Virus record (IMG/VR): IMGVR_UViG_3300046786_000121
Span: 31,829-95,828 of that record
DNA length: 64,000 nucleotides
Strand: one strand, 5' to 3'
Source of the DNA: a virus
In this document: one piece after another, positions 8,773 through 18,943 of the stretch
How positions within the stretch are numbered: the stretch's first letter is position 1
Layout of the letters: every line of letters begins with the position of its first letter
Program-made: the position numbers and the translations under genes
The notes under the pieces: model-generated
Told to the model about the DNA's origin: nothing
The model's input: the letters and a program-made list of their open reading frames with translations, nothing else
The model's database searches: none

Positions 8773-11700
8773 ATGGCACTAACATCACCAGGCGTACAAG
8801 TTACGGTAATCGACGAGAGTTTTTATACACCAGCTGAACCTGGAACTACTCCGTTAATCGTAATTGCAACAGCCGAGAATAAATCTAATGCAGCAGGCAC
8901 AGGCACTGCTGCTGGAACAACACAGGCTAATGCAGCCAAAGTGTTTAAAGTTACAAGTCAAAGAGAATTGGTTGACACCTTTGGTGTTCCGTTCTTTGAA
9001 AAGACTGCAAGTTCAACACCTATCCATGGTAGTGAACGAAATGAATACGGTTTACTAGCAGCATACAGCTTCCTAGGCGTAAGCAATTCAGCATTCATTA
9101 TGAGAGCTGACGTTGACTTAAACGAACTTGAACCTCAGACTACCGCCCCGGGAGCAGAACCAACAGACGGTACATGGTGGGTAGATACACAATCTACTGC
9201 ATGGGGTATCCAAGAGTGGAATGCAGCATCTGCACAAACTACAGGCGGTCAAAAGTTTGCTGCTAAAACTCCTATCGTATTAACTAACGACGATACATCT
9301 AAAATTTCAAATAACAAGCCAAAGGATTCAGTTGGTGTTATTGGAGATTACGCAGTTGTTATCGAAACTGGTTCTATATTCACAGAAGCAGCTAAGGTTT
9401 ATTACAAGAGAAACGCAACACTATTAGGTGGCGACACTTGGGTTGAAGTTGGTAGCAGTGATTGGGCATTAAGCAACCCAACAGTTACTGGTGCTAAAAT
9501 TACAGCAGTTGTATCTTCTGCTAACTCCGGTGATTTTAAAATTAACGAAACTACTGTAGCAGTTGTTGAAAACGATACATTAACAAACGTTGCTTCTACA
9601 ATTAACGGTTTAAACATCGATGGTGTTGTAGCAATTGTTGACGGTTCGTACTTAAAACTATACGCTGATCAAACAGCAGCATCTAATGGTGTTGACGCAG
9701 ACGGAATTATTAATATTTCTGTTGCAGGCGCAGCTACTAACGTTGACGTAGCCGACATTGTTGTTGGTAAGAGTTACAAAATTAAAACAGTTGGCACAAG
9801 TACAGATTGGGCAACAATAACTGGCGAAGCTGGTCCGTTTGTCGTTGGATATGAATTCATTGCAGAAGCAGCAGATTCAGGCGGTGACGGTACTGTTGAT
9901 ATTGACGTTGCTGTACTTTCTGGTATTGGTTTAACTGCCGGTGATTACTACTGCCCAGCACTACAACAAACTCCACACACAAATGTTCCTAACTTTAAGA
10001 GTACAGGAACTACTCCACGTCCAACAGGTTCTGTATGGATCAAGACAACTGAGCCAAATCAAGGTGCTCGTTGGAGAGTAAAGCGTTGGAATTCTGCTAC
10101 AAAATCTTGGATTGAGTACAGTGCTCCGATCTATTCTAGCACACACGCTGCACTATACTACCTAGATCGTAGTGGTGGCGGTGTTAACCTTGCCGTAGAT
10201 ACATTGTTTATTCAATCAAACTCTACAGAAGGAACACCAGAAACAGCAAACTTTAGACTATGGAAGAGAGCAGCATCTGGTAATACAGTTATTACTTCTG
10301 GTGTTGTTACTGGCGATACATTTGCAACAAACAACACTTTCTTTATCAATGAGTTTGATAAAGGTTCTTTATCGCTACACGGCGATGTAGAAGTTAGCTT
10401 CGAAGCTAACGGTGATGCAGAAGATGCTGATTTGTTTGCAGCAGCAGTTAACGCATTGAATTTACATCATGTTGAAGCAGTTGTAACTGTTGATAATAAG
10501 ATTCAATTGATCCACAAAACTGGTGGTGATATTAGATTATCCGACGATGTAGGCGGAACAATTGCTAGCTTGTTTACACCATACAATATTGTTACTGGTG
10601 TAGGCACAGCAAACTTCTATGAAATAGCAAGTGGTTATTTGGCTAGTAACTGGAAGCCATTGGCAGCTGACGGATTTACAGCAGCTGGTGATCCTCCATT
10701 AGCAGAAGCACAAGACGGACAACTATGGTACAATCCTAACTTCGGTGAAGTTGATATTATGTACCACAACGGTAATACATGGGTTGGCTATAGACATTCT
10801 ACAGCATTCCCTAGTACCGACGAAAACGGTCCAGTTGTAAGTGCAAGCCAACCAGCAAGTACATACGAAATTAACGGTCAGTTATGGATTAGCACAGCAG
10901 ATTTAGAAAACTTCCCAACAATGTATCGTTGGAACGCTGATGCCAGCGAGTGGCAATTAATTGACAAGACAGATCAAACAACTGAAGAAGGTGTATTGTT
11001 TGCAGACGCACGTTGGAACACTGACGGCGCAGCAGGTGATGCAACTATCGGAGAGTTGGCATTAAGCAATTTCTTAGATACAGATGCTCCTGATCCAGCA
11101 CTATATCCAAAAGGTATGTTGTTATGGAACCTACGTAGAAGTGGTGGTAACGTCAAACGTTATGCTAACAACTATGTTGACCTAGCAGCAGACAATGCAA
11201 GATATGACAACAACAATTCACCAGCAGGTGATGTGTATGTTGCAGGTGAAGGTCAAGCTCTTTACGCAACTGATCGTTGGGTAACAGCAAGTCCTAACAA
11301 CGAAGATGGTTCTGGTAGCTTTGGACGTAAAGCTCAACGTGCTTTAGTTGTACAAAAGATTAAGAGTGCAATCGATACAAGTTCAGAAGCAAGAGATGAA
11401 GAGCGTAGAAACTTCAACCTAATTGCAGCTCCTGGTTATCCAGAAGCATACAGCAATTTAATCAACTTGAACTTAGATCGCGGTATGACAGCATTCGTAG
11501 TTGGTGACACACCATTACGCTTGCCAGCTGATGCAACTAGCTTAACAGCTTGGGGTACTAACGCCAATGGCGCACTAGATAACGGCGATACAGGTATTGT
11601 TAGTTATGATGAGTACTCAGCAGTTTACTATCCAAACGGATTTACAACTGACCTAGGCGGTGCTAATGCAGTTGTTCCAGCATCACACATGATGTTGCGC

Positions 11701-12258
11701 ACAATTGCTCTAAGCGATCAAGTTAGCTATCCATGGTTTGCACCAGCAGGTACAAGACGTGGCGGCATTACTAACGCTACAGCAGTAGGTTACATCGATG
11801 CAGCAACAGGCGAATTCCAAAGTGTTGCATTGAACGAAGGACAACGTGATACATTGTATGACTTGAAAGTTAACCCAATTCCATTCTTTGTTGGAGTAGG
11901 TTTAGTTGCATACGGTCAAAAGACTCGTGCAAGAAACGCAAGTGCATTGGATCGTATCAACGTAGCTCGTTTAGTAGTATATCTACGTAGCCAGTTGAAC
12001 AAACTAGCTCGCCCATACATCTTCGAACCTAACGATAAGATCACAAGAGACGAAATTAGAGGCGCAGTAGAAAGTCTATTGCTAGAATTGGTAGGATTGA
12101 GAGCATTGTACGACTTCGCAGTTGTATGTGACGAGTCTAACAACACCAACGCTAGAATTGATCGTAATGAATTGTATGTAGACATTGCGATTGAACCAAC
12201 TAAAGCAGTTGAATTCATCTACATTCCATTGCGTATCAAGAATACAGGAGAGATTTAA
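8773..12258 (+). CDS. Tail sheath protein (gp18-like) with large insertions
   Basis: MALTSPGVQVTVIDES N-terminus; PWFAPAGTRRG, RINVARL, FEPND..TR, IEPTKAVEFIYI C-terminal motifs. Confidence 0.95.
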   Translation: MALTSPGVQVTVIDESFYTPAEPGTTPLIVIATAENKSNAAGTGTAAGTTQANAAKVFKVTSQRELVDTFGVPFFEKTASSTPIHGSERNEYGLLAAYSFLGVSNSAFIMRADVDLNELEPQTTAPGAEPTDGTWWVDTQSTAWGIQEWNAASAQTTGGQKFAAKTPIVLTNDDTSKISNNKPKDSVGVIGDYAVVIETGSIFTEAAKVYYKRNATLLGGDTWVEVGSSDWALSNPTVTGAKITAVVSSANSGDFKINETTVAVVENDTLTNVASTINGLNIDGVVAIVDGSYLKLYADQTAASNGVDADGIINISVAGAATNVDVADIVVGKSYKIKTVGTSTDWATITGEAGPFVVGYEFIAEAADSGGDGTVDIDVAVLSGIGLTAGDYYCPALQQTPHTNVPNFKSTGTTPRPTGSVWIKTTEPNQGARWRVKRWNSATKSWIEYSAPIYSSTHAALYYLDRSGGGVNLAVDTLFIQSNSTEGTPETANFRLWKRAASGNTVITSGVVTGDTFATNNTFFINEFDKGSLSLHGDVEVSFEANGDAEDADLFAAAVNALNLHHVEAVVTVDNKIQLIHKTGGDIRLSDDVGGTIASLFTPYNIVTGVGTANFYEIASGYLASNWKPLAADGFTAAGDPPLAEAQDGQLWYNPNFGEVDIMYHNGNTWVGYRHSTAFPSTDENGPVVSASQPASTYEINGQLWISTADLENFPTMYRWNADASEWQLIDKTDQTTEEGVLFADARWNTDGAAGDATIGELALSNFLDTDAPDPALYPKGMLLWNLRRSGGNVKRYANNYVDLAADNARYDNNNSPAGDVYVAGEGQALYATDRWVTASPNNEDGSGSFGRKAQRALVVQKIKSAIDTSSEARDEERRNFNLIAAPGYPEAYSNLINLNLDRGMTAFVVGDTPLRLPADATSLTAWGTNANGALDNGDTGIVSYDEYSAVYYPNGFTTDLGGANAVVPASHMMLRTIALSDQVSYPWFAPAGTRRGGITNATAVGYIDAATGEFQSVALNEGQRDTLYDLKVNPIPFFVGVGLVAYGQKTRARNASALDRINVARLVVYLRSQLNKLARPYIFEPNDKITRDEIRGAVESLLLELVGLRALYDFAVVCDESNNTNARIDRNELYVDIAIEPTKAVEFIYIPLRIKNTGEI

Positions 12259-12260
12259 AA

Positions 12261-12893
12261 ATGGCACTAACTTCATTAAATAGGATTTCAGTTCCACCAG
12301 CAGGCGGTAACTCTGGTACCGCTCTGCTAATGCCTAAACTCAAGTATCGCTTTAGAGTGATTCTTTTGGGTTTTGGAGTTGAAGCCAGCACTGAGCTTAC
12401 TAAACAAGTTGCGGACGTTAAGCGTCCAAACGTTTCGTTTGAAGAAATGGCAATCGACATTTATAACTCGAAGATTAAATTAGCAGGCAAACCAAGTTGG
12501 GAAGATGTTACTCTCAACTTGCGTGACGATGCTAACGGACAGATTCAGAAACTTGTCGGTCAACAAATTCAGAAACAATACGATTTCATGGAACAAGCTT
12601 CTGCACGTTCTGGTATCGACTACAAGTTCCAGATGAATATCGAAACTTTAGACGGTGGTAACGGTGCATTAGAGCCTAGCGTATTAGAAAAGTGGGAACT
12701 ATATGGTTGCTTCTTATCTGGTGTTGACTACGGTGAAGCTAACTATGCTACAAACGAGCCAATGACAGTTGCTCTAACAATCAAGTACGATAATGCTGTT
12801 CAATTCTCTGGTGCTAACGGCACTGGTATTGAGCGTGGCGTTGGTGCATTGGTTGGCAGAACAATCGGCGAGGCAGTAACTGGTCGTAGCTAA
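12261..12893 (+). CDS. Tail tube protein (gp19-like)
   Basis: Directly follows sheath; PKLKYRFRV, KLAGKPSWEDVTL, W.LYGCF..VDYG..NY. Confidence 0.88.
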   Translation: MALTSLNRISVPPAGGNSGTALLMPKLKYRFRVILLGFGVEASTELTKQVADVKRPNVSFEEMAIDIYNSKIKLAGKPSWEDVTLNLRDDANGQIQKLVGQQIQKQYDFMEQASARSGIDYKFQMNIETLDGGNGALEPSVLEKWELYGCFLSGVDYGEANYATNEPMTVALTIKYDNAVQFSGANGTGIERGVGALVGRTIGEAVTGRS

Positions 12894-12914
12894 TCACTAA
12901 AATGATTCAAAAGA

Positions 12915-12939
12915 GCCCAAGTTAAACTTGGGTTTTTTT
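12915..12939 (+). terminator. Intrinsic terminator
   Basis: CCCAAGT-TAA-ACTTGGG followed by T7. Confidence 0.85.
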
Positions 12940-12955
12940 GTGACATAAATATTGT

Positions 12956-14077
12956 ATGGCAGATAAATTCACAAGATTCCTCGGCGGCATTGGCAGCGGA
13001 CTTACTAATCCTAAAGGCGGATTAGCAGACTGGCGCCACGCCTCAAAAATATTCCTACCTAACTATTATAGACTTGCTCCTAGAACCAAGTTTATGTTTT
13101 ATGTTAGGTTTGAAATTGACAAATCGGTCTTAACATCAAACGTGTTTACTAATAGACATGCTGACGAAGTTGGTTATCTGATTAAGACTACAGATTTACC
13201 AAAATATAAATTTGATACTGTTACAAAAAATCAATATAACAGAAAGCATATTATCTATAAAAACTTCCAATATGAAAGTCTAGCAATGACTTTCAGAGAT
13301 GATAGTGCAGGTATTATGAATGCTATGTGGGCATTGTATATGAGCACATACGTTCAAGATAGATTAAATCCCGAGTTAGCTTTCTCTAAAACTAACCTAA
13401 GACAGTCCGGTGAAAGTCGTGATGCATTTAGATACGGTTTGGATAAACAAGGAAAATCCGCAGACTTCTTTAAGTCAATCAGCATTTATACAATGAGTAG
13501 ACGTAGATTTATTGGCTACACATTAATTAATCCAAAAATAACAAACTGGTCTCATGGTAGCTCTGATTACTCAGCTAGTGAGTTTAATGATATGTCAATG
13601 AATATTGAATACGAATCTGTACAATATTCAGCAGGCGAAGTTACACAAGGTACACCTAAAGGATTTGCTACATTATATTACGATAGTGTACCAAGTCCAT
13701 TAACTATTGCAGGCGGTGGCGTTGCTAATGTTTTCGGTGAAGGTGGCGTATTAGATGGAGTTGAGAGTGTCTTTGGTGACATTGCAAATGGTTCTGCATT
13801 TAGCAGCGCAGGCGGATTCTTAAGTACAGCTATTAAGGCAGTTAACACAGCAAAGAATTTTGGTAGATTAAGTAGTGCAGGCATTAAGGCAGAACTTACA
13901 GGTTTAATTACTAGCCCAGCGGCTGTTAGCGGAATTGTGAATACTGTTGGCGGAATTGTTGGCGCAGCATTTCCAAAAAATAATGGAGGCAATGCTAATA
14001 CCGAAGCCACCCAAAAAACAGTAGTTCCGGTATTTAAACTATCTGAAACAAGTAACCCAAGCAACTTCCAGCAGTAA
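12956..14077 (+). CDS. Tail tube-related baseplate protein (gp48/gp54-like)
   Basis: Tube-like fold pattern (LIKTTDLPKY...NQYNRK...TFRDD...YTLINPKIT.WSH...IEYE); position after tube gene. Confidence 0.6.
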   Translation: MADKFTRFLGGIGSGLTNPKGGLADWRHASKIFLPNYYRLAPRTKFMFYVRFEIDKSVLTSNVFTNRHADEVGYLIKTTDLPKYKFDTVTKNQYNRKHIIYKNFQYESLAMTFRDDSAGIMNAMWALYMSTYVQDRLNPELAFSKTNLRQSGESRDAFRYGLDKQGKSADFFKSISIYTMSRRRFIGYTLINPKITNWSHGSSDYSASEFNDMSMNIEYESVQYSAGEVTQGTPKGFATLYYDSVPSPLTIAGGGVANVFGEGGVLDGVESVFGDIANGSAFSSAGGFLSTAIKAVNTAKNFGRLSSAGIKAELTGLITSPAAVSGIVNTVGGIVGAAFPKNNGGNANTEATQKTVVPVFKLSETSNPSNFQQ

Positions 14078-14090
14078 TACAAGGTATAAT

Positions 14091-14456
14091 ATGTCAAACT
14101 TACCAACACCTCCAAAAGACGATAGCGGCGCTGCTACTAAACTATTTTTTGATACCTACGGAAAAGATCCGTTACAGTTCAATGCCAACGAAGTAGATGC
14201 TGCAATTGGTTTCTTTACTTCTAGAGGATTTGACAGCGATGCAGCTTCTGCAACAGCGGCAGTTTTGCTTAAACAAGCAAAGATAGACAGTATACCTGTT
14301 TTCAAGCTGCTTGATACCCTTAAAACGCTTACAGGCATACAGCTAAGTGCATTGGTTGGGGAAATTTTAAATAATAATCGTAGTCCTATTAGCACATTAG
14401 GATTTAGAGTAGTTGGTGTTGAAAAACAAAACCAAACTAGAAACATCTTTGCATAA
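14091..14456 (+). CDS. Hypothetical virion-module protein
   Basis: Fills gap; TAATG coupling to next gene. Confidence 0.7.
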   Translation: MSNLPTPPKDDSGAATKLFFDTYGKDPLQFNANEVDAAIGFFTSRGFDSDAASATAAVLLKQAKIDSIPVFKLLDTLKTLTGIQLSALVGEILNNNRSPISTLGFRVVGVEKQNQTRNIFA

Positions 14457-14896
14457 TGGTAAAATTCGCACAAGGTAAATTTGAAATGAAAAACCCTACA
14501 AAATATGTAGGGAAGAAAACCCCAATGGCTCGTAGCAGTTGGGAATTTGTCTTTATGAGAATGCTTGATGAACATCAAGGGGTTCAAAGTTGGGCAAGCG
14601 AAAGTATACAGATACCTTATAGAGACCCGTTGTCTGGAAAATATACAATTTATGTTCCTGATTTCTTTATTGTGTATGTTGATAAGAACGGAAGTAAACA
14701 TGCAGAAGTGGTTGAAGTAAAACCAGAAAGTCAAACCAAATTAGAAGCGGTGGGCAAGAGTCGTTACAATCAAGAACAATACGTAAAGAACATGGCTAAA
14801 TGGGAAGCCGCCAGTAAATGGTGTAAGCAGCAAGGAGTAAAATTCCGTGTTGTAAACGAAGGTGATATTTTCCATCAAGGTTCAAAACGTAGATAA
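14456..14896 (+). CDS. Head completion nuclease (T4 gp4-like, TnsA-type fold)
   Basis: KNPTKYVG...RSSWE..FM...W.SE...IPY....YVPDF....EVKP...N.AKWEAA. Confidence 0.88.
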   Translation: MVKFAQGKFEMKNPTKYVGKKTPMARSSWEFVFMRMLDEHQGVQSWASESIQIPYRDPLSGKYTIYVPDFFIVYVDKNGSKHAEVVEVKPESQTKLEAVGKSRYNQEQYVKNMAKWEAASKWCKQQGVKFRVVNEGDIFHQGSKRR

Positions 14897-14903
14897 GTAG
14901 TGT

Positions 14904-15383
14904 ATGACTAAAAAACTAGAAGAACTTTTTAATTTGGATGACAAGAAGACTAAAGATCTTCCTACAAAACCACCAATTAAAGAAGCTAGCGAAGTTGCTG
15001 ATATGGATCAAAGCTATGCAGCAGTTGAAGCAATCACTAAAACACTACCTCAAATTCAAGAGTTAGATAATCTTGACGAAGCTGAACTTGATAATCTAGC
15101 AAGTAAAGCCGAAGCAGCCTACGACGATTTAATGGATCTCGGAATGAACGTTGAAGTTCGTTATTCGGGTCGTATCTTTGAAGTTGCAGGGACAATGCTA
15201 GGGCATGCTATCACAGCTAAATCTAACAAGATTGAAAAGAAGCTCAAAGCTATTGACATTCAATTAAAGAAGTACAAGATTGACAAAGATAACAACGAAG
15301 ATCCAAACGATGTTATTAATGGACAAGGATACATTGTTACAGACCGCAATGAGTTACTCAAGAGATTGGGCAAAAAGGACTAA
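14904..15383 (+). CDS. Probable terminase small subunit (gp16-like)
   Basis: Helical; DLMDLG....R.FEVAG.ML...I.AK resembles PRAYEVAGQL of T4-like TerS; upstream of TerL. Confidence 0.5.
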   Translation: MTKKLEELFNLDDKKTKDLPTKPPIKEASEVADMDQSYAAVEAITKTLPQIQELDNLDEAELDNLASKAEAAYDDLMDLGMNVEVRYSGRIFEVAGTMLGHAITAKSNKIEKKLKAIDIQLKKYKIDKDNNEDPNDVINGQGYIVTDRNELLKRLGKKD

Positions 15384-15391
15384 ATATACGT

Positions 15392-15943
15392 ATGAAAACT
15401 TTTAAAGAATATCTCACCGAAAGTAAAAAAGTCTATGACTTTAAGATTAAAGTAGCGGGTGAACTACCAGAATCTTTCCAAGAAAACCTAAAAACAAGTT
15501 TGGGTCGTTGTGGAGTCTCTAAATTAGAGAAAGTAGCAACTACTCCAATTCAAGCTGTACCTTTAGATTTTCCTAACCACCCAAATACAGAAGTACATAT
15601 TTTTGAAGTTGTCTGTGATTACCCAGTAACAGCACCTGAAATTGTTACAGATATTAGAGCATTGGGCTTAGATGAAGCATGCTTTAAAGTTAGGGGTGCT
15701 AATGAAGATAGTGAAAGCCCAATGGTTGAACCAAAAGCTACATCACTATTAACTGACTCACAATACACAGAAGCAGAGAAAGTTAAGCAAAAAGATTACT
15801 TTGGAGACGACTTCAATAAAGGTTTCTTAAAAGATTTAGAAAAAGCATCTAAGGCTCGCAAAAAAGAAAACGAGCAAGGTGAATACAAACTGCCTAAGGG
15901 CAAAACTGATAAAGCAGGCACCAAGAGTGCCCTAGGGAGTTAA
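15392..15943 (+). CDS. Putative internal head protein
   Basis: N-terminus MKTFKEYLTE resembles the T4 capsid-targeting sequence; late promoter. Confidence 0.55.
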   Translation: MKTFKEYLTESKKVYDFKIKVAGELPESFQENLKTSLGRCGVSKLEKVATTPIQAVPLDFPNHPNTEVHIFEVVCDYPVTAPEIVTDIRALGLDEACFKVRGANEDSESPMVEPKATSLLTDSQYTEAEKVKQKDYFGDDFNKGFLKDLEKASKARKKENEQGEYKLPKGKTDKAGTKSALGS

Positions 15944-15948
15944 TACAA

Positions 15949-16932
15949 ATGGATTTTAATCAACTAATGGCAAAGATGCGTGAATTGGATGCTCCAGTTC
16001 AAGCAGCACCGCAAGCAGCAGTACAAGAATGTGGAGATCCGATGGGGATGCCTAGCGCAATGCCTCCGTCTATGAATGATCAACCACCTCCAGCACATCC
16101 TAGCATGAGTGTTAATTTAAACGCACAAGGCATGGACAATATCGAAAGTTTACTAAAGTTAATGACTAAGGTAAACCCAGACATGATCAATCAACCAACT
16201 GGTATGGCACCTCCATTACCTGGTTTAACTGCTGAGCCTAATGTTTTAAGCATTAAGCCTCCAATGCCGAGTCTAGGCAATTTAGACTCTGGTCCGTTAA
16301 AGATGTTACCAGACTTTGATAAAGAAGAACCACATTCGGAACCAGATGCTGATAACTTTGGCGGTCCAAGCGATAATGATGCAGATAACATGCCAGGCCC
16401 TGGTGATTTAGATCATGATGAACCGGATGCTGATAACATGGGCGGTCCAAGCGACATGGATGCTGATAATGATATCGACAACATTCAAAAGTCTATGGGC
16501 GACAACGACGGCGATGGCGATCATGACATGCACGATCACGAGATTGAAAAGAAAGACGACGATGAAAAAGAAAAAGATGAGTCGTGGGGCAACGGAGTTC
16601 AAGGTCGTGATAACGTTGATATCAAAGGTATCGACGCAGCAATTCCAAGCGGCGACGATCTAAACAAGCCTAAACAAACATTCCCTAAAGTTGCAGGCGG
16701 CGACAATCCGATGCAACGTAACGAAAGCAAAGAAGCTCTACGTGCAAGTATTCGTGCAGAACTTCTAAGCAGATTAAACGAAACTAGTGATGCAAAATTG
16801 AAGCGTTACAGTGACGCAGCATCTAAGTCAGTTGCAAAGTCTGCAACAGGAGATGATGATGGCAAGATGGGTAAGAGATTAGCAGGTGTAGAAAAAGCCC
16901 AGGCTAGATTAGATAAGAAGGGAGCCAAATAA
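15949..16932 (+). CDS. Pro/Asp-rich low-complexity protein (scaffold/internal protein-like)
   Basis: 327-aa ORF with SD GGAG; internal EPDADNxGGPSDxDADN repeat. Confidence 0.6.
   Translation: MDFNQLMAKMRELDAPVQAAPQAAVQECGDPMGMPSAMPPSMNDQPPPAHPSMSVNLNAQGMDNIESLLKLMTKVNPDMINQPTGMAPPLPGLTAEPNVLSIKPPMPSLGNLDSGPLKMLPDFDKEEPHSEPDADNFGGPSDNDADNMPGPGDLDHDEPDADNMGGPSDMDADNDIDNIQKSMGDNDGDGDHDMHDHEIEKKDDDEKEKDESWGNGVQGRDNVDIKGIDAAIPSGDDLNKPKQTFPKVAGGDNPMQRNESKEALRASIRAELLSRLNETSDAKLKRYSDAASKSVAKSATGDDDGKMGKRLAGVEKAQARLDKKGAK
16339..16473 (+). repeat. Intragenic tandem repeat, 81-nt period
   Basis: GAACC(A/G)GATGCTGATAAxxxGGCGGTCCAAGCGA at 16339 and 16420. Confidence 0.85.
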
Positions 16933-17288
16933 TGAGCGCAGTAACAAGAGTAAACGGTTTAAGAAATACCGTTGGTACATTATACATGGACAATTGCAAT
17001 ATGTTTGTAATTCAAGTCCAGAACGCTGCCAACAGTAACAGAGATCTACGTGCAGAAGATGATGCAGTTGACGAAGCAGTAGAATATATTGTTAAAGAAT
17101 TAAATCCTTTGGCATTCTTCGTAGTTGATGCTGCTACTGGACTTATCTATGTTGTTATGGATAAGAACATCAATAGTGCTAGCGAATTACAAACACGTAT
17201 TCGTAACATGGGTACAGCAGTTGGTGCTAACAGCATCGATGTTACAGGTACTGACGTTACTTTAGCAACAGCATTAACATTATCTTAA
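16932..17288 (+). CDS. Small virion structural protein (hypothetical)
   Basis: SD GGAG, TAATG coupling, followed by terminator. Confidence 0.7.
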   Translation: MSAVTRVNGLRNTVGTLYMDNCNMFVIQVQNAANSNRDLRAEDDAVDEAVEYIVKELNPLAFFVVDAATGLIYVVMDKNINSASELQTRIRNMGTAVGANSIDVTGTDVTLATALTLS

Positions 17289-17304
17289 TTTTTAAATTAA
17301 AACC

Positions 17305-17332
17305 AAATAGGCTCTTCGGAGCCTATTTTTTT
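17305..17332 (+). terminator. Intrinsic terminator
   Basis: AAATAGGCTC-TTCG-GAGCCTATTTTTTT. Confidence 0.92.
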
Positions 17333-17345
17333 CAGTAAATACAAT

Positions 17346-18932
17346 ATGGCAAAAAGTTTAGACGGCAATTTAATTAAGAAAGCTCATGCGCAACAAAGGT
17401 ATACCCTTGAAGAAGTAGAGCATCTAGAAAAGTGTATGGACCCAGTAACAGGACCATTATACTTTGCTAAAAATTTCTTAAAAATTCAACATCCTACTAG
17501 AGGATCAATTCCCTTTGAACCTTTTGAGTATCAAGAAAGACTAATTCAAGCCTATCACGAAAACAAGCAATGTATTGCGATGTTACCTCGTCAGATGGGT
17601 AAGACAACATGTGCTTGTGCATACTTGTTATGGTACACTATGTTTGTACCTGAAGCACAAGTACTGATCGCTGCTCACAAATATGAAGGTGCGCAGGATA
17701 TTATGAACCGTTACCGTTTTGGTTACGAGAACTTGCCAGACTTTATTCGTGCTGGTGTTTACTCGTACAACAGAAACACAATTGAATATGATAACGGATC
17801 ACGTATTCAAGCAGTAACGACTACAGAGAACACTGGTCGTGGTAAATCTCTTTCACTAATTTATTGCGATGAGTTTGCATTCGTGCAACCGCCAGAGAAA
17901 GCCAAAGAGTTCTGGACTGCTTTGTCACCAACATTGTCAACTGGTGGTAAGTGTATTATTACATCTACTCCAAACTCAGACGAAGATCAATTTGCGTTAA
18001 TTTGGACCGAAGCTAATAAACGCTTTGATGAGTTTGGAAATGAACAAGCATTAGGCACTAACGGATTCCATAGTTTCTTTGCACACTGGAATGAACACCC
18101 AGATAGAGATGAGACGTGGGCACAAACAGAACGTGCTAAAATTGGTGATGAACGTTTCCGTCGTGAATTTGATTGTGAATTCTTGATTTTTGATGAAACG
18201 CTAATCAACGCAGTACGTCTTGCAGAGATTAAGGGTGTAGATCCTAAAATGACAATGGGTCAAACACGCTGGTATAAAGATATCGATCCACGATGTACAT
18301 ATCTAGTAGCATTAGATCCTAGTTTAGGTACAGGTGGAGACTATGGTGCTATTCAAGTATTTGAAATGCCTAGTATGACACAGGTAGCAGAATGGCATCA
18401 TAACATGACTCCTATACAGAATCAAGTTAAGCACCTTCGAGAAATTTGCAAGTACATACACGATCGTGGACAAGAAAAGGGCGGAAATCCTCAAGTATAC
18501 TTTAGTGTTGAAAATAACAACGTTGGTGAAAGTGCATTAATTTGTATTACAAATATGGGCGAAGAAAATATCCCCGGATTATTCCTAAGTGAACCAATTC
18601 GTAAGGGTCATGTTCGTAGATTCCGAAAAGGTTTCAACACTACACACAAAACAAAGATTGCTTCTTGCAGCCAATTTAAGCATATGTTAGAAACAGGTAA
18701 AATGATAATATATTCTAAACCCCTAGTTTCTGAGCTTAAAACCTTCGTAGCACACGGAGTAAGTTTTGGTGCTAAAACAGGCGAGCATGACGATTTAGTT
18801 AGTGCTACATTGCTGATTATTAGAATGGCAGAGATCCTAGCAGACTGGGATCCAAAGATTTACGAGAAAATGACCGACAAGTTGACAGAAGAACAGCTAC
18901 CAATGCCTATATTTGTCAGCAGCGGTTTTTGA
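17346..18932 (+). CDS. terL: Terminase large subunit (gp17-like)
   Basis: PRQMGKTT Walker A, IYCDEFAF Walker B, ITSTPN, LDPSLGTGGD and HDDLV nuclease motifs. Confidence 0.96.
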   Translation: MAKSLDGNLIKKAHAQQRYTLEEVEHLEKCMDPVTGPLYFAKNFLKIQHPTRGSIPFEPFEYQERLIQAYHENKQCIAMLPRQMGKTTCACAYLLWYTMFVPEAQVLIAAHKYEGAQDIMNRYRFGYENLPDFIRAGVYSYNRNTIEYDNGSRIQAVTTTENTGRGKSLSLIYCDEFAFVQPPEKAKEFWTALSPTLSTGGKCIITSTPNSDEDQFALIWTEANKRFDEFGNEQALGTNGFHSFFAHWNEHPDRDETWAQTERAKIGDERFRREFDCEFLIFDETLINAVRLAEIKGVDPKMTMGQTRWYKDIDPRCTYLVALDPSLGTGGDYGAIQVFEMPSMTQVAEWHHNMTPIQNQVKHLREICKYIHDRGQEKGGNPQVYFSVENNNVGESALICITNMGEENIPGLFLSEPIRKGHVRRFRKGFNTTHKTKIASCSQFKHMLETGKMIIYSKPLVSELKTFVAHGVSFGAKTGEHDDLVSATLLIIRMAEILADWDPKIYEKMTDKLTEEQLPMPIFVSSGF

Positions 18933-18943
18933 TAAATATAACT

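Noticed and set aside
13678-14734. Minus-strand ORFs of 145 and 192 aa, and similar short opposite-strand ORFs elsewhere (e.g. 56191-56709, 62061-62582)
   Set aside because: They fully overlap well-supported genes on the other strand and have no RBS or recognisable motifs
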